Positions 33,310 through 43,683 of a stretch of DNA of 64,000 nt are shown in pieces. This DNA is from Nitrosopumilus sp. Lineage in GTDB: Archaea > Thermoproteota > Nitrososphaeria > Nitrososphaerales > Nitrosopumilaceae. Position 1 is the stretch's first letter, and every line of letters begins with the position of its first letter. The position numbers and the translations under genes are program-made. Location: the NCBI GenBank assembly GCA_965207445.1, contig CBDBLX010000002.1, positions 128,001 through 192,000 on the forward strand, written 5' to 3'. Below the pieces are notes generated by a model. That model saw only the letters and a list, made by a program, of their open reading frames with translations. It was not told the origin of the DNA and did not search any database.

Positions 33310-33535
33310 CTTTTGCTTGTGTGTGTTAAGAGATGGATGGTAAAACATCTCTTTTGTCTGATGTATCGTCCTCATTACTATTACTGTATTTGACTCTCCC
33401 ACACCTCTAAAGTAACGTGCTTGAATAATAATAATGATGATGGTGGTGATGATGGTGATGGTAACATTTGATAATTATTACCCACACACGAAAAGTTGAT
33501 GGTTAATAAAGACCATTTTTAGAGAATAATAGCCA

Positions 33536-34438
33536 ATGGTTAGTATTTCAAAAGACCTGTGTACTAGATGCAAAGGCGTCATGGTCACAGATAACGAATC
33601 TGGAGAGATGTTTTGCTCTACTTGTGGCTATGTAGTTTCTGAAAAGCTACAAGAGTCCGGTCCTGAATGGCGTTCATTTGCTCAAGATGAGCACGGTGAT
33701 CGCGCAAGGGCTGGTGCACCAACATCATTGACAATGCACGACATGGGACTTGCAACAATCATCAATCCATTGAATAAAGATGCTTCTGGGCGTCCGCTTG
33801 CTGCAACCATGAAGAGTACTATTGAGCGTCTTCGAACTTGGGATAGTCGTAGTCAAGTACATGAACCAGTTGACCGAAACTTTCGACAAGCATTCAGTGA
33901 ACTCAACAGGTTAAAGGACAAGATGGCAATATCTGATCCTGTGATCGAAAAAGCCGCTTACATATACAGAAAGGCCCTTGATAAAGGACTCGTACGTGGA
34001 CGTTCTATATCTGCACTGATGGCATCTGCACTCTATGCAGCTTGTAGAGAGACTGCAACACCACGAAACCTAAAGGATGTCGAGCAGGCAGCTAACATCA
34101 AAAGAAAGGACATTGCAAGATGTTACAGACTACTTGTCAAAGAACTTGACTTGAAGATGCCTGTTACCGATTCAATTCAATGTGTGGCAAGAATTGCAAG
34201 TAGAATTGGAATCGAGGAAAAGACAAAGAGATATGCGATAAAAGTTCTCAAAAAAGCACAAGAACACGAAGTGTCTGCAGGAAAAGACCCAATGGGACTT
34301 GCAGCAGCAGCACTATACTTGTCATGCGTCAAAAATGGTGAGGATAAGACTCAACGTGATATCGCCGAATCTGCAAATGTTACAGAGGTCACTATCAGAA
34401 ATAGGTACAAAGGACTCAAAGACTCACTTGATTTGTAA
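33536..34438 (+). CDS. tfb: Transcription initiation factor IIB
   Basis: Zn ribbon CxxC..CxxCG, GPEWRSF, GKDPMGLAAAALY, VTEVTIRNRY. Confidence 0.97.
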   Translation: MVSISKDLCTRCKGVMVTDNESGEMFCSTCGYVVSEKLQESGPEWRSFAQDEHGDRARAGAPTSLTMHDMGLATIINPLNKDASGRPLAATMKSTIERLRTWDSRSQVHEPVDRNFRQAFSELNRLKDKMAISDPVIEKAAYIYRKALDKGLVRGRSISALMASALYAACRETATPRNLKDVEQAANIKRKDIARCYRLLVKELDLKMPVTDSIQCVARIASRIGIEEKTKRYAIKVLKKAQEHEVSAGKDPMGLAAAALYLSCVKNGEDKTQRDIAESANVTEVTIRNRYKGLKDSLDL

Positions 34439-34591
34439 GCGTGTCTTTTTGTTCTACTGTTTTTTCTTTTTATTATGATTATTTGAAAATGTGTATATTT
34501 TTTAGGATGGTGTGGTAAGTGTTCGTTATGATAATTTTCCTATAATGCGTGCAATTATTATTTGACTATCATGTGCAGATAATGTACGATA

Positions 34592-35140
34592 TTGAGTGCC
34601 ACGGAGATTTTACGAGAAGATCACCGGCATGTGCGCCGGTTTGATAGCATAATTATAAAATGTTATACTGCATTATATGATGGGAAGGATGTCCCCTTGC
34701 AGGATATAGAAAAGATGGCACATGTAATGGAAGAGTTTTTTGACTCTATACATTATTCTAGGGAAGAAGATGCGTACTTTCCGTGTGTTGCAAGTTATGA
34801 TCATCTAAAGCGTGAGATGCATGTGTTGTTAGTTGAACACGAATTCTCAAGACGTGTTGCAGTGCAATTACGCAAGTATCTGAGACTTTGGAAGGATACT
34901 GGTAGTGACCTGAACTCTAGAGAGCCATTAGCACGATACTTGAGGGCATACTCTGTGTATATTGCAGACCATCTCTCAAAAGAAGAGGACTTTTTTGACA
35001 GAGCAGAAGCCGAAATTCTATCAAAAGAAGAAGAGTATGAGATGTATGAACAGTTTCGTTCTATTATAGACACTTCAAAAAAATTAGATGACCTGCTCAG
35101 AGATGTAGATTATTTAGAGTCTCAACCGTGGGCTGCGTGA
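34592..35140 (+). CDS. Hemerythrin-domain protein
   Basis: LREDH, HYSREE..YFP, EHE, HLSKEE. Confidence 0.85.
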   Translation: MSATEILREDHRHVRRFDSIIIKCYTALYDGKDVPLQDIEKMAHVMEEFFDSIHYSREEDAYFPCVASYDHLKREMHVLLVEHEFSRRVAVQLRKYLRLWKDTGSDLNSREPLARYLRAYSVYIADHLSKEEDFFDRAEAEILSKEEEYEMYEQFRSIIDTSKKLDDLLRDVDYLESQPWAA

Positions 35141-35302
35141 CCTTTTTTGCAGATTTTGTTCAACAGCAAATATGGTTTACTTTGGTTTTGTGTATGTTAC
35201 AAAACATGATTATACTGCCGATTTTTGTATAAACAAAAAGACCGGCATTTAATACAATATATGATTAATTAAAATCATACACAACAACATACAGGATATC
35301 AG

Positions 35303-35688
35303 ATGATGTGGTACACGCCACTCCTCCTCCTATGCATAGGGGCCGGACAGCACGAGATAATCATAAGTTCCAGAGTTATCAAGGAGCTTGAGCGACACGG
35401 CTGGGCATGCAGGTCATGTTCGCCATACTACGTACAAGGCTCGGAATCCAGACGATCACGTTCGCCGAGGTGTCCGAGGTGGAGCGCAGGGTGTCAAAAC
35501 TGCTCGAGAAAAGGCACGATCTGCTGCACCGCGGCGACAGCGAGATACTGGCGTTTACCTACGCCCGGGAGTTCGTGCTCGTAATGTGCGACAACGGGCT
35601 GACGGTGGTCGCTAGGGACGTGGGCGTCAAATGCATCAACCCGTGCACAAAGGGGAGGCGGGCAAGGAGGCGCAGGATAAGACGATAG
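35303..35688 (+). pseudogene. Frameshifted, truncated PIN-domain (VapC-like) gene
   Basis: IIISSRVIKELERHG then frameshift to HRGDSEILA...VLVMCDNGL...ARDVGVKCINP. The N-terminal DT motif is missing. Confidence 0.6.
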
Positions 35689-36676
35689 GCCGCCGTGCGG
35701 GCACCCGCAAAAATGAAGCAATAAAAACGGTGGTTGGTGCGTAATTCATCAAATCGCCATCTACGTCGTACTTGGAAAATCATCTGCAAATATCGCCAGA
35801 GTTTTATGTGCATATATTTAATAAGCTCATATATAAAAGTATCTGCGCGCATACCAAAAGTTACTTATAGGGGCATCCCGATTGAATAATTGTAATATGA
35901 ACAAAGGGGATGCTAAACAACGTTGACTAGCCAATCTTATCAACGTATCGTTTGTGAAGTGTGGTGGAACGACGACATATGGTGGGTTGCCACAACATGT
36001 TACACTACACAGAATGACGCCCATTACAATGCATGGTTTGTGATGAATGTGGCGTCTGCTTGTTGTTTGTGTAAATTTAGTGTGTGGGTTTCAAATAAGA
36101 ACAGATTATGGAGGCAGACCGTACAGTGACAGAACAGCACAAGCGACGCGAAGGTTACTGGCAGTATTACGAACAGGCACGCAAATCTGAGCCGGATTTT
36201 ATGCGCAAGACATTGTTGTCGGCGATACGGAAAAACCCACATCCGTGCAAGGAAAAGAAGACAAATAGAGGATGCAAGCCGGTACACTCTCGTGACAAGA
36301 TGGATTTTTTGTGTCTTTTAAAAGTTGCAAAAAATATTCCTTTTCGTGACGTGGTAAATGATCTTGGACATATGCATGATGAATGGGTTGACGAGCCGAA
36401 GCCTGATTATAGTTGGGTAACCAAACATATGCAAACAATTGATCTCGACTGGCTTGATTCTATTTTAGCATATACTGCCAATATGTGTCTAGATGAACTT
36501 GAAAAATCTGGGACAGATCCGGTACCGATAAAAGGTAAAGAGACCATACTTACGCACGGATCCGAGGATTTTGAGAGCGGTAAACAAGACGTAAAAAAAG
36601 GACCTACCGCTCCGATTGGGATAGACAGTAGTGGGGTAGAGACTGATAGGTACGAAAAACAAGAAAGACCTAATAA

Positions 36677-38581
36677 GTAACTATTTTGCTTTTTGAAGTG
36701 CACATATAAGGTAAATGATCATGCGCATTTTTCCGATCATGATGATCTCGGCATTGTATATTCACATATAATCAATTGGCAATGATAGCGCGTAGTTGAT
36801 TATAATACGCAGATGGACATTAATGATTCTGTAGTTTTAGCCAGGTTTGTATCCCTTGCACAGCATATCAAAAAAGCTCTCGCCGCTGATCTTACCTGTT
36901 GCAAGCAGTGTGAATAATATTGAGTTGGCCTCCATACCACGAGACGTTCTGTTTCCACCACCATCATTTTTTATGGATACAAATACTCGATTAGTTCGTT
37001 CAACGTCATTATTGTCTGGTGGTATACCCTTTATGTGTAAAAAGGTGCTCATATGGTATCCTTCGCGTCTCCATCTCTTTTTGAATCTGTTTATTATGCC
37101 CTCTTTGTCACCGTCCCAGTCTTTTTCCTTTGTCCAATCATTGTTCATTAGTTGGCGCAGTTGGCTGTCCAAACAATATGAGGCCACTTGTCGTGTGTGA
37201 GGATCGTCTATTCCATCTGCTTTATAGAATTGTTTGAATATTTGAACTAATGTGTTGAGAAATCGTAGTACTGCACCTTTTGGATTCACATAGTGGATGT
37301 CTTTTTTTGGCAGTCGAAGCTGATGTGACAAACACATCTGATGTTGTAGTCCAATGTGACCCCATGATGGATTAGAGTCATGCCGTACTAGTCCATTGTA
37401 TTTTGGCAGGAATTTTTTGAGGGTGGATATTGTTTTGTTGTCAGTTATCTCTATTAGACAGCAGTCGTCTCCGAGCGCAATTAAACCGCACGCACGTTTT
37501 TTGTTTGCCCCAGGCCAGTCAAACTCATCACAGCCTAACTCGCTTTTGTTCAAAATTTTTTGTTTAATCTCATCGTGTTTTGGTTTTTGTGCTTTGGCAT
37601 GTGATATCTTGTCACGATATGCCGCCGATGGGGAGATCTCAACTTGCATGACATCTTTACTGAATTCTGCAGTCTTTGCGTGTGATAGACCTTTCATGTT
37701 TAATGTGACTGTGGTTGCAGAATGATTAGTTGAACGGCGTGCATGAGGCCTTACATTTGAAATGGGTTGCTGTACTTGCTTTTTGCATTTACTACACCAG
37801 CGACGTTTGATATCAAACTTGACATACTCTGTGATTGTTGTGATAATTTGGACCACCCTGTCATACTCGTCTGTTATGGTCGATGAGAGTGGGTTTTTGC
37901 ATTGTGGGCATGTAGTGCCATCTATCACCTCTGTTCTGGCTATGTCTACAGGGCGCGTAGTTTTGGTAGCTTTTTGCCCCTTGGGTCTGCCCCTTGGTTT
38001 ATTTTCACCTGGCGTTTTGTTAGGTTTATCACTAGCAGTGACTGCCTTGATGCCGTTTTTCTTGGCCCTTAGCTCTTTGTTGATCTTTTGATATTTTTTA
38101 TTGTCCTTGGCCAATTCTTCATTTTGTGTCTTTAACGTGTTGACATCTTGTAGCATCTCAGACACCCCATTGGACGTTATTTTTTTCTTTGAATTCGATG
38201 ACTCTTGCAATATCTTGTCAATTCCGGTATTCTCCAACCACCACTTACAACACTCGCAATCACTTTTGAGACATGGTTTTTTTGCATGTTGTGTGTTTTT
38301 GCCACGAGGTTCTGAGCAGCACAACTATGTTCCCTCCTCCTGCAAATAATTGACACTATTGCATTTCCAGTCACACTGATCGCTTAAATCAGATTTTTGC
38401 GATGATCTAATATCGTTCCTGTCTATCATTTTATTTGCACTTAATGATAGATGGAAGCGTTTTGATTTAATACCCTCTGGATTAAATTATTAGAGTTTTT
38501 GATCAAATTTTTTAAACCAAAATTATCATAGTATATAATCATAAGAATTTAAGTGTCCACTTCAAAAAGCAAAATAGTTAC
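36677..38581 (-). mobile_element. Complete IS66-family element (single-ORF type, 1905 bp)
   Basis: Perfect 24 bp TIR GTAACTATTTTGCTTTTTGAAGTG and 8 bp TSD CCTAATAA. Confidence 0.96.
36837..38324 (-). CDS. IS66-family transposase
   Basis: Coiled coil, KPRGRPKGQ, CPQC..CSKC zinc finger, CDE, HD, QMCLSHQLR, PPDNNDVER. Confidence 0.92.
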   Translation of the reverse strand: MCCSEPRGKNTQHAKKPCLKSDCECCKWWLENTGIDKILQESSNSKKKITSNGVSEMLQDVNTLKTQNEELAKDNKKYQKINKELRAKKNGIKAVTASDKPNKTPGENKPRGRPKGQKATKTTRPVDIARTEVIDGTTCPQCKNPLSSTITDEYDRVVQIITTITEYVKFDIKRRWCSKCKKQVQQPISNVRPHARRSTNHSATTVTLNMKGLSHAKTAEFSKDVMQVEISPSAAYRDKISHAKAQKPKHDEIKQKILNKSELGCDEFDWPGANKKRACGLIALGDDCCLIEITDNKTISTLKKFLPKYNGLVRHDSNPSWGHIGLQHQMCLSHQLRLPKKDIHYVNPKGAVLRFLNTLVQIFKQFYKADGIDDPHTRQVASYCLDSQLRQLMNNDWTKEKDWDGDKEGIINRFKKRWRREGYHMSTFLHIKGIPPDNNDVERTNRVFVSIKNDGGGNRTSRGMEANSILFTLLATGKISGESFFDMLCKGYKPG

Positions 38582-39360
38582 CCTAATAATTTACTACAAG
38601 ACTTTGAGCCGACACGCATCAAGACGTACCTAAAATATCACATTACTTCGATAACCGGACACCAGATCATACTTGCATCATACACAACTCCAAGCAATGT
38701 GAGTGACACGTCAATGCTTCCATATATGGTCAGCTTTCTCACAAAAAACTATACACGTATTGAAGAACGCTTATTCAACGGAGACAAGGGATACGACTCG
38801 GATCAAAACTGTGAGATAATATTCAATGCAAACATGAAACCGAACATAAAGCAGCGCAATCATACAGATGGCGCAGGTCATACAAACCGTGGTAAACCAA
38901 GCAGAAAAAAGGCAGCTGAGATCTTTGACCAAGATGCATACAAACAACGCGCACTTATCGAGGCAATATTTGGAGCAGAAGAAACAAAGAATCACAGGCT
39001 ACATTGTCGTATGCGTCTGGCCGAAAACAGAAAGCGGTTTAATAAAATATTATCGATTGCATGGAATATCAACGTCCTGAACAGATTTATCTGCGCTCAT
39101 GAAAAAGGGCAAAAGATTCCATCATACGAATGATAGTGACTGCTATCACACTTGCACGTTTTATGTTCTATAATCTGTCTGCTAAAACACACATGTATAT
39201 TCAAAAACAAAACGCACTATAGATAGATTTCAGTCTTTTGTAGATTGAATGTACAATAAATCAAGCTCACAGAAGGGTCACAGGCAGGCCTAATGTCAAT
39301 TACGCACCAACCTCATAAAAACGAGAACACCTAAATCGCAAGTCCGTCATCTGACAGTGT

Positions 39361-40080
39361 ATGTCAGAGCAAGATGGGAACACGACCGAGGCAAAGACAG
39401 GCGAGCCGGCGGACGTGTCCGTCGACGTAAACCTGTATTCCAGCAGCGAGGACAGGATCAAGTTCCTGGGAGAGGCACTTGGAAACGACATTAGCAGGCG
39501 CATGCTGCTCATGCTGTCAAAGTCCGAGATGACTGCGTACGAAGTCGCGAGGGACGCCGAACTGTCTCTCTCCCTGGTGGCCCATAATAGTTTCATTAAA
39601 GATCCGATAGTTTTCTAATATTTTGTATTCATAATATGTACTCAACTTCGAGATGAATATCAATCAAAATATCGGATCTTTAATCATATCAGTACCCACC
39701 ACCTGAAGAAGATGCAGAGCGCCGGGCTGGTGCGCGTCAGCAGGGTATCAAAGAACAGCAAGAACCGCGACATGAAGCACTACCGCGCCGTCTCCATAAT
39801 CATGGTTGTCCCGGAGGGGGCGTACGACAAGGCCAAGAGCAGCAAGCTGCTGTCGCTCTCGCTGAGGAAGATAATGAGATTCGCCGCCATAGGTATAGCC
39901 GGACTGGTCTCGTGGCTAGTCGCGGCTCAGGTGAACGTTGCAGACAACGTGTGGTATCTGACGGAAGACGGACAATTCGTGCCGACGGTGGCAGAACCGT
40001 TCGCGCCCGTGGCGGTCGGGTTGGGTGTTGTTGTTGCAGGACTGGTTTTGGAGAGGATACTTACAGCCTTTAACAAATAA
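39361..40080 (+). pseudogene. Membrane-anchored ArsR-type wHTH regulator disrupted by MITE A
   Basis: Removing the MITE and one TSD restores ...AELSLSLVAHHLKKMQSAGLVRV..., followed by two C-terminal TM helices. Confidence 0.88.
39585..39694. mobile_element. MITE family A copy 3
   Basis: 110 bp, TSD CCCA. Confidence 0.95.
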
Positions 40081-40105
40081 ACCTTCCAACCGTATATGTA
40101 TTATT

Positions 40106-40188
40106 AATTTGGTGTAATTTGTTTTGAATCAATCCCTATAAAGACAGCGCCGCTCCAGATCATAATGATTTCAAACAACGCGAAGAAA
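40106..40188 (+). repeat. Duplicated promoter plus first 8 codons (MISNNAKK); copy of 40920-41002
   Basis: 83 bp near-identical direct repeat containing a CTATAAAG TATA box. Confidence 0.85.
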
Positions 40189-40306
40189 TCTCCCTTTTTT
40201 TCTTCTTTTTGGCAGCCTCCCACGTCACCACCCGCCGCCAAGCCATCATGGCTGAACGTAACCCCACTCAAATCTTTAATAACATATCCGGCCGGTGAAC
40301 CCCATA

Positions 40307-40720
40307 ATGATTAAGACTATAAAACTGCGCATATTATTGATGGGGATTGCCACGATCGCCGTCACTGGCACTGCTATCGCCATCACTACTGACGTATTTG
40401 TCATAGATTCATCTGACGCGGGCAGCGACACCCGCATCTACAATCCGGACATGACGGACTGGTGGGGTGAGTTAATCGACAGTCTTGGAGACGAGACTAG
40501 CGCAATATACACTGAGGATGGTTGGGGCGACGAATTATGGGTCGAGATAGAAGACCTCGGCGGAGACACGTATCACATATCCCTACACGGCATCTCTGCG
40601 TCTGGCCTGCCCATAGAATATACGATAACGGAGACTGAAGACGGATACTTCGCGTACGGGCCAGAATTTCCAGATGGTAGCATGGGCGCACGTAACTACG
40701 TGACCAGCTTGGACGATTAG
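40307..40720 (+). CDS. Secreted or membrane-anchored acidic hypothetical protein
   Basis: N-terminal hydrophobic helix, D/E-rich body, GC-rich codons. Confidence 0.7.
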   Translation: MIKTIKLRILLMGIATIAVTGTAIAITTDVFVIDSSDAGSDTRIYNPDMTDWWGELIDSLGDETSAIYTEDGWGDELWVEIEDLGGDTYHISLHGISASGLPIEYTITETEDGYFAYGPEFPDGSMGARNYVTSLDD

Positions 40721-40978
40721 TAAAATGAAAAGAGATTTGAACGTACAACTCCTTAAAGATTTTGTGTTGAACACCATGATGTGGCAGATGGAGCAGGCGC
40801 AGTATGCAGGCAAGAGATCATAAATTTACAACAGTATCTCCGTGAGTTACCTATTCTTATTACATATGACATCATCATTACCTGCCTGCACCCCCATCAA
40901 CGAATTCACAACAAGACCTAATTTGGTATAATTTGATTTGAATCAATCTCTATAAAGACAGAGCCGCTTCAGATCATA

Positions 40979-41586
40979 ATGATTTCGAACAACGCGAAAA
41001 AACTTTCCATAGCCGCAGCTGCAATACTCCTGGTGGCGGCGTCCGTGGTCGGCTTTGACCTCGTTTCCGGACAGGGTAAAGCCGGCACGGAGTCCAGCGG
41101 TACGACCGTCTACGAACCGGACCCGGTACAACGGCCAGCGGACGACCGCACTAGGCTCAACGAACTTGAGGCTACATTCGACAGAGCAACTACCGACGAA
41201 GAGCGGAAACGCATCATCGCAGAGGCTTCAACGCATCTCAAAGAATCCGCCTCGCCCGCAAACCTCCAGAGGACGGCGCAGTATACCGCGGCAGCACACC
41301 TCCTGACCGCCGCGATCGCCGACATGCCAAAACAGGAGAACGGACATGCCGCAATCCCGTTCACAAGGATGGGATACAGCGAGCAGGACGGGATGCTGGT
41401 GGTGAGGATTCACCAGGACTTTTCCACGCTGGACAACATGAAGAAATACGAAAAAACCATCAGGGGCGTGATTGGAAACGAGATAGACCTCAAACTCGTC
41501 TACGGCGGAGGTTACTGGCAGTTGTCATAATGCCCAAACGGCCCTCTGAACGACTGCGATCCGCTTGAGTCGGGCATTGAGATGCA
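40979..41586 (+). pseudogene. Truncated secreted protein (possible protease pro-region)
   Basis: Signal peptide. ORF stops at 41530 but the frame continues CPNGPLNDCDPLESGIEM up to MITE A. Confidence 0.55.
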
Positions 41587-41696
41587 TACTGATATGATTA
41601 AAGATCCGATATTTTGATTGATATTCATCTTGAAATTGAGTACATATTATGAATACAAAATATTAGAAAACTATCGGATCTTTAATGAAACTATTA
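41587..41696. mobile_element. MITE family A copy 4 (reverse orientation)
   Basis: 110 bp, TSD TGCA. Confidence 0.95.
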
Positions 41697-41826
41697 TGCA
41701 CTGGCATCTACACTACCAACATTCTGCTTGAAGGAGTCTAGAAGATTAAATGGTTGTGAATCAAGTATACAATTTCCTAGTAGATAGGTCACAAACTCTT
41801 TAAGTGTTTTAAATCACGCCCATATA

Positions 41827-42345
41827 ATGAAACCATTTGTTCTGTGGATGACAGGACTGCCTTGTTCTGGCAAGACTACCATAGTCAAAGATCTTCAAAA
41901 GGACATTCCAAACTTGGCGATGCTCGATGGCGACGAGTTGCGAGAGTGGTTTTCACCAAAAGACTTTTCCAAAAAAGGACGAGACGAACATAACAAAAAA
42001 GTTGCACATCTTGCTAAACTTTTACTAAAACATGGTGTACCTAGTGCAGTGTCTCTAGTCTCACCATATGTGGAGAACAGAAGTAATGCAAAAGAGATCA
42101 TTGATTCTGGTGACCAGTTTGTAGAATGTTACATAAAATGCTCACTTGCTAAGTGTGAGGAACGTGACGTCAAAGGTATGTATGCCAAGGCACGTAAAGG
42201 TGAGATCAAAGGATTTACTGGTATAGATGACCCATATGAACCACCTGAGAATGCTGATTTGGTAATTGATACGGAAAATGAACCACTAGAGGATAGCGCA
42301 AAAAAAGTCAAGATATTTTTGGGCAAACGCAACCTACTACTCTGA
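41827..42345 (+). CDS. cysC: Adenylyl-sulfate kinase
   Basis: WMTGLPCSGKTT, LDGDELR, RDVKGMYAKARKGEIKGFTGIDDPYEPP. Confidence 0.96.
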   Translation: MKPFVLWMTGLPCSGKTTIVKDLQKDIPNLAMLDGDELREWFSPKDFSKKGRDEHNKKVAHLAKLLLKHGVPSAVSLVSPYVENRSNAKEIIDSGDQFVECYIKCSLAKCEERDVKGMYAKARKGEIKGFTGIDDPYEPPENADLVIDTENEPLEDSAKKVKIFLGKRNLLL

Positions 42346-43146
42346 CTAGTATCGTGCCGCAAACTCTTTAACTATTTTATCATGTATCACACCATTTGTT
42401 GCCAAAATTCCATGATGATGATATATGTCGTCTTTGTTATATGCTAGTTCATCTCCATTCACATCTGTCATTTTACCACCTGCCTCTGTTATGATACAGT
42501 GTGATGCAGCAGTATCCCACACTTTCATCTTGTTTGTGGTTGTAATGTATGCTTCTGCCTCACCTGAGCTTATCAGACCTACTTTGAGTGAGCTACCGAT
42601 ACTAACAAAATTAGATGTTTTGAGGCTCTTGATGAATATAATCTCTTTTTCTGTAAGGTGATGTTTTGAGCCTACCATTCTACACTCCGATAGTGTATCA
42701 ATATCTGTCACTGTAATTTTACTCCAACACTTGTTCTGATATTTATATGCGCCCTTTTCTTTTTGTGCTACAAATATTGTATTTCCAAGAGGCCACAATA
42801 TCACACCCAATATTGGCACTGTTTTTTTTACAAGTGATACCATTATGGTAAACTCCCCTGTGCCATTTACAAAGTGTGATGTCCCATCAAGTGGATCTAT
42901 AATCCAGATAGTATCTGATTTACCTATGTTTGGATTTTCTTGCTCTTCTGAGAGTATGGGATATTTACTCTTTGAGAGTACATCTGTCAAAATTCGATGA
43001 CTTGCAAGATCCGCTTCTGTGACTGGAGAGCCATCTTGCTTTTTTTCTGTCTTTGTGGTATTTTGTTTGTACATATCAAGAACTATACTACCTGCATTGA
43101 TGACTGACCTCAATGCAAGATCAAATATGGTGTTTGATATTGGCAT
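42346..43146 (-). CDS. cysQ: 3'(2'),5'-bisphosphate nucleotidase (inositol monophosphatase family)
   Basis: SPVTEAD, ILSEE, WIIDPLDGT, GSSLK, WDTAA. Confidence 0.92.
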   Translation of the reverse strand: MPISNTIFDLALRSVINAGSIVLDMYKQNTTKTEKKQDGSPVTEADLASHRILTDVLSKSKYPILSEEQENPNIGKSDTIWIIDPLDGTSHFVNGTGEFTIMVSLVKKTVPILGVILWPLGNTIFVAQKEKGAYKYQNKCWSKITVTDIDTLSECRMVGSKHHLTEKEIIFIKSLKTSNFVSIGSSLKVGLISSGEAEAYITTTNKMKVWDTAASHCIITEAGGKMTDVNGDELAYNKDDIYHHHGILATNGVIHDKIVKEFAARY

Positions 43147-43169
43147 ATGTTTTGCCAGATGGTTGTATT

Positions 43170-43376
43170 CTATGTGGTCAATTCTGGTTTTAATGTCCAA
43201 ACCACCCCTAGTACGACAAACGGTATTGACATGATCCCTATAATACCAAGTATGGTATTGAACTGTGATTCGGAGATCAATGGATTGTTTATTATCCATG
43301 GCAATGGTAATGTTATGATTACCCAGATGATTCCTAATAATATGATTAATTTAGCTTTTGCTTTTCTATTCATCAT
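43170..43376 (-). CDS. Small two-TM membrane protein
   Basis: 68 aa with two hydrophobic helices. Confidence 0.7.
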   Translation of the reverse strand: MMNRKAKAKLIILLGIIWVIITLPLPWIINNPLISESQFNTILGIIGIMSIPFVVLGVVWTLKPELTT

Positions 43377-43552
43377 GTATCTAAATACTCTCTAGTCATA
43401 ATAAATGTGACAAGTTTTTTGCAAACTTTGTGTTTAATGTCCATTTGGTATAATTTTTATTTTTTTACCTTTTTTTCTAAAATTTTTTTAATAAAAAGTA
43501 TAAAAAAATCTATTATATTACAAAAAGTATTAAATACCTGCATTTTCTATAT

Positions 43553-43683
43553 ATGGTATGCCGATGGAAATCACTCCTATCGACTAGTTTAGCGTGACCC
43601 CGCAGAACGAACAATTGCACGGAAACATGTCCGAATTGAGAGGAATCTCTCACTGTTCTGTAGTACAGGGGTTGCGCCATTTT
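43553..43683 (+). ncRNA. Candidate structured non-coding RNA of unknown family
   Basis: GC-rich island in an AT-rich spacer, nested helices with G-U pairs on the + strand, BRE/TATA ~25 nt upstream, T-run at the end. Confidence 0.6.

Larger units (their letters stand above)
36108..39133 (+). pseudogene. DDE transposase split by the IS66 insertion
   Basis: IGIDSSG (N half), GDKGYDS and YKQRALIEAIF (C half). Removing 36677-38589 restores one frame (ERPNNLLQDFEPTRIKTYLKYH). Confidence 0.88.
35730..39314 (+). mobile_element. IS5/IS4-superfamily element (~1.67 kb) interrupted by IS66
   Basis: 17 bp TIR G(T/A)GGTTGGTGCGTAATT and 9 bp TSD ATAAAAACG (35721-35729, 39315-39323). Confidence 0.9.
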
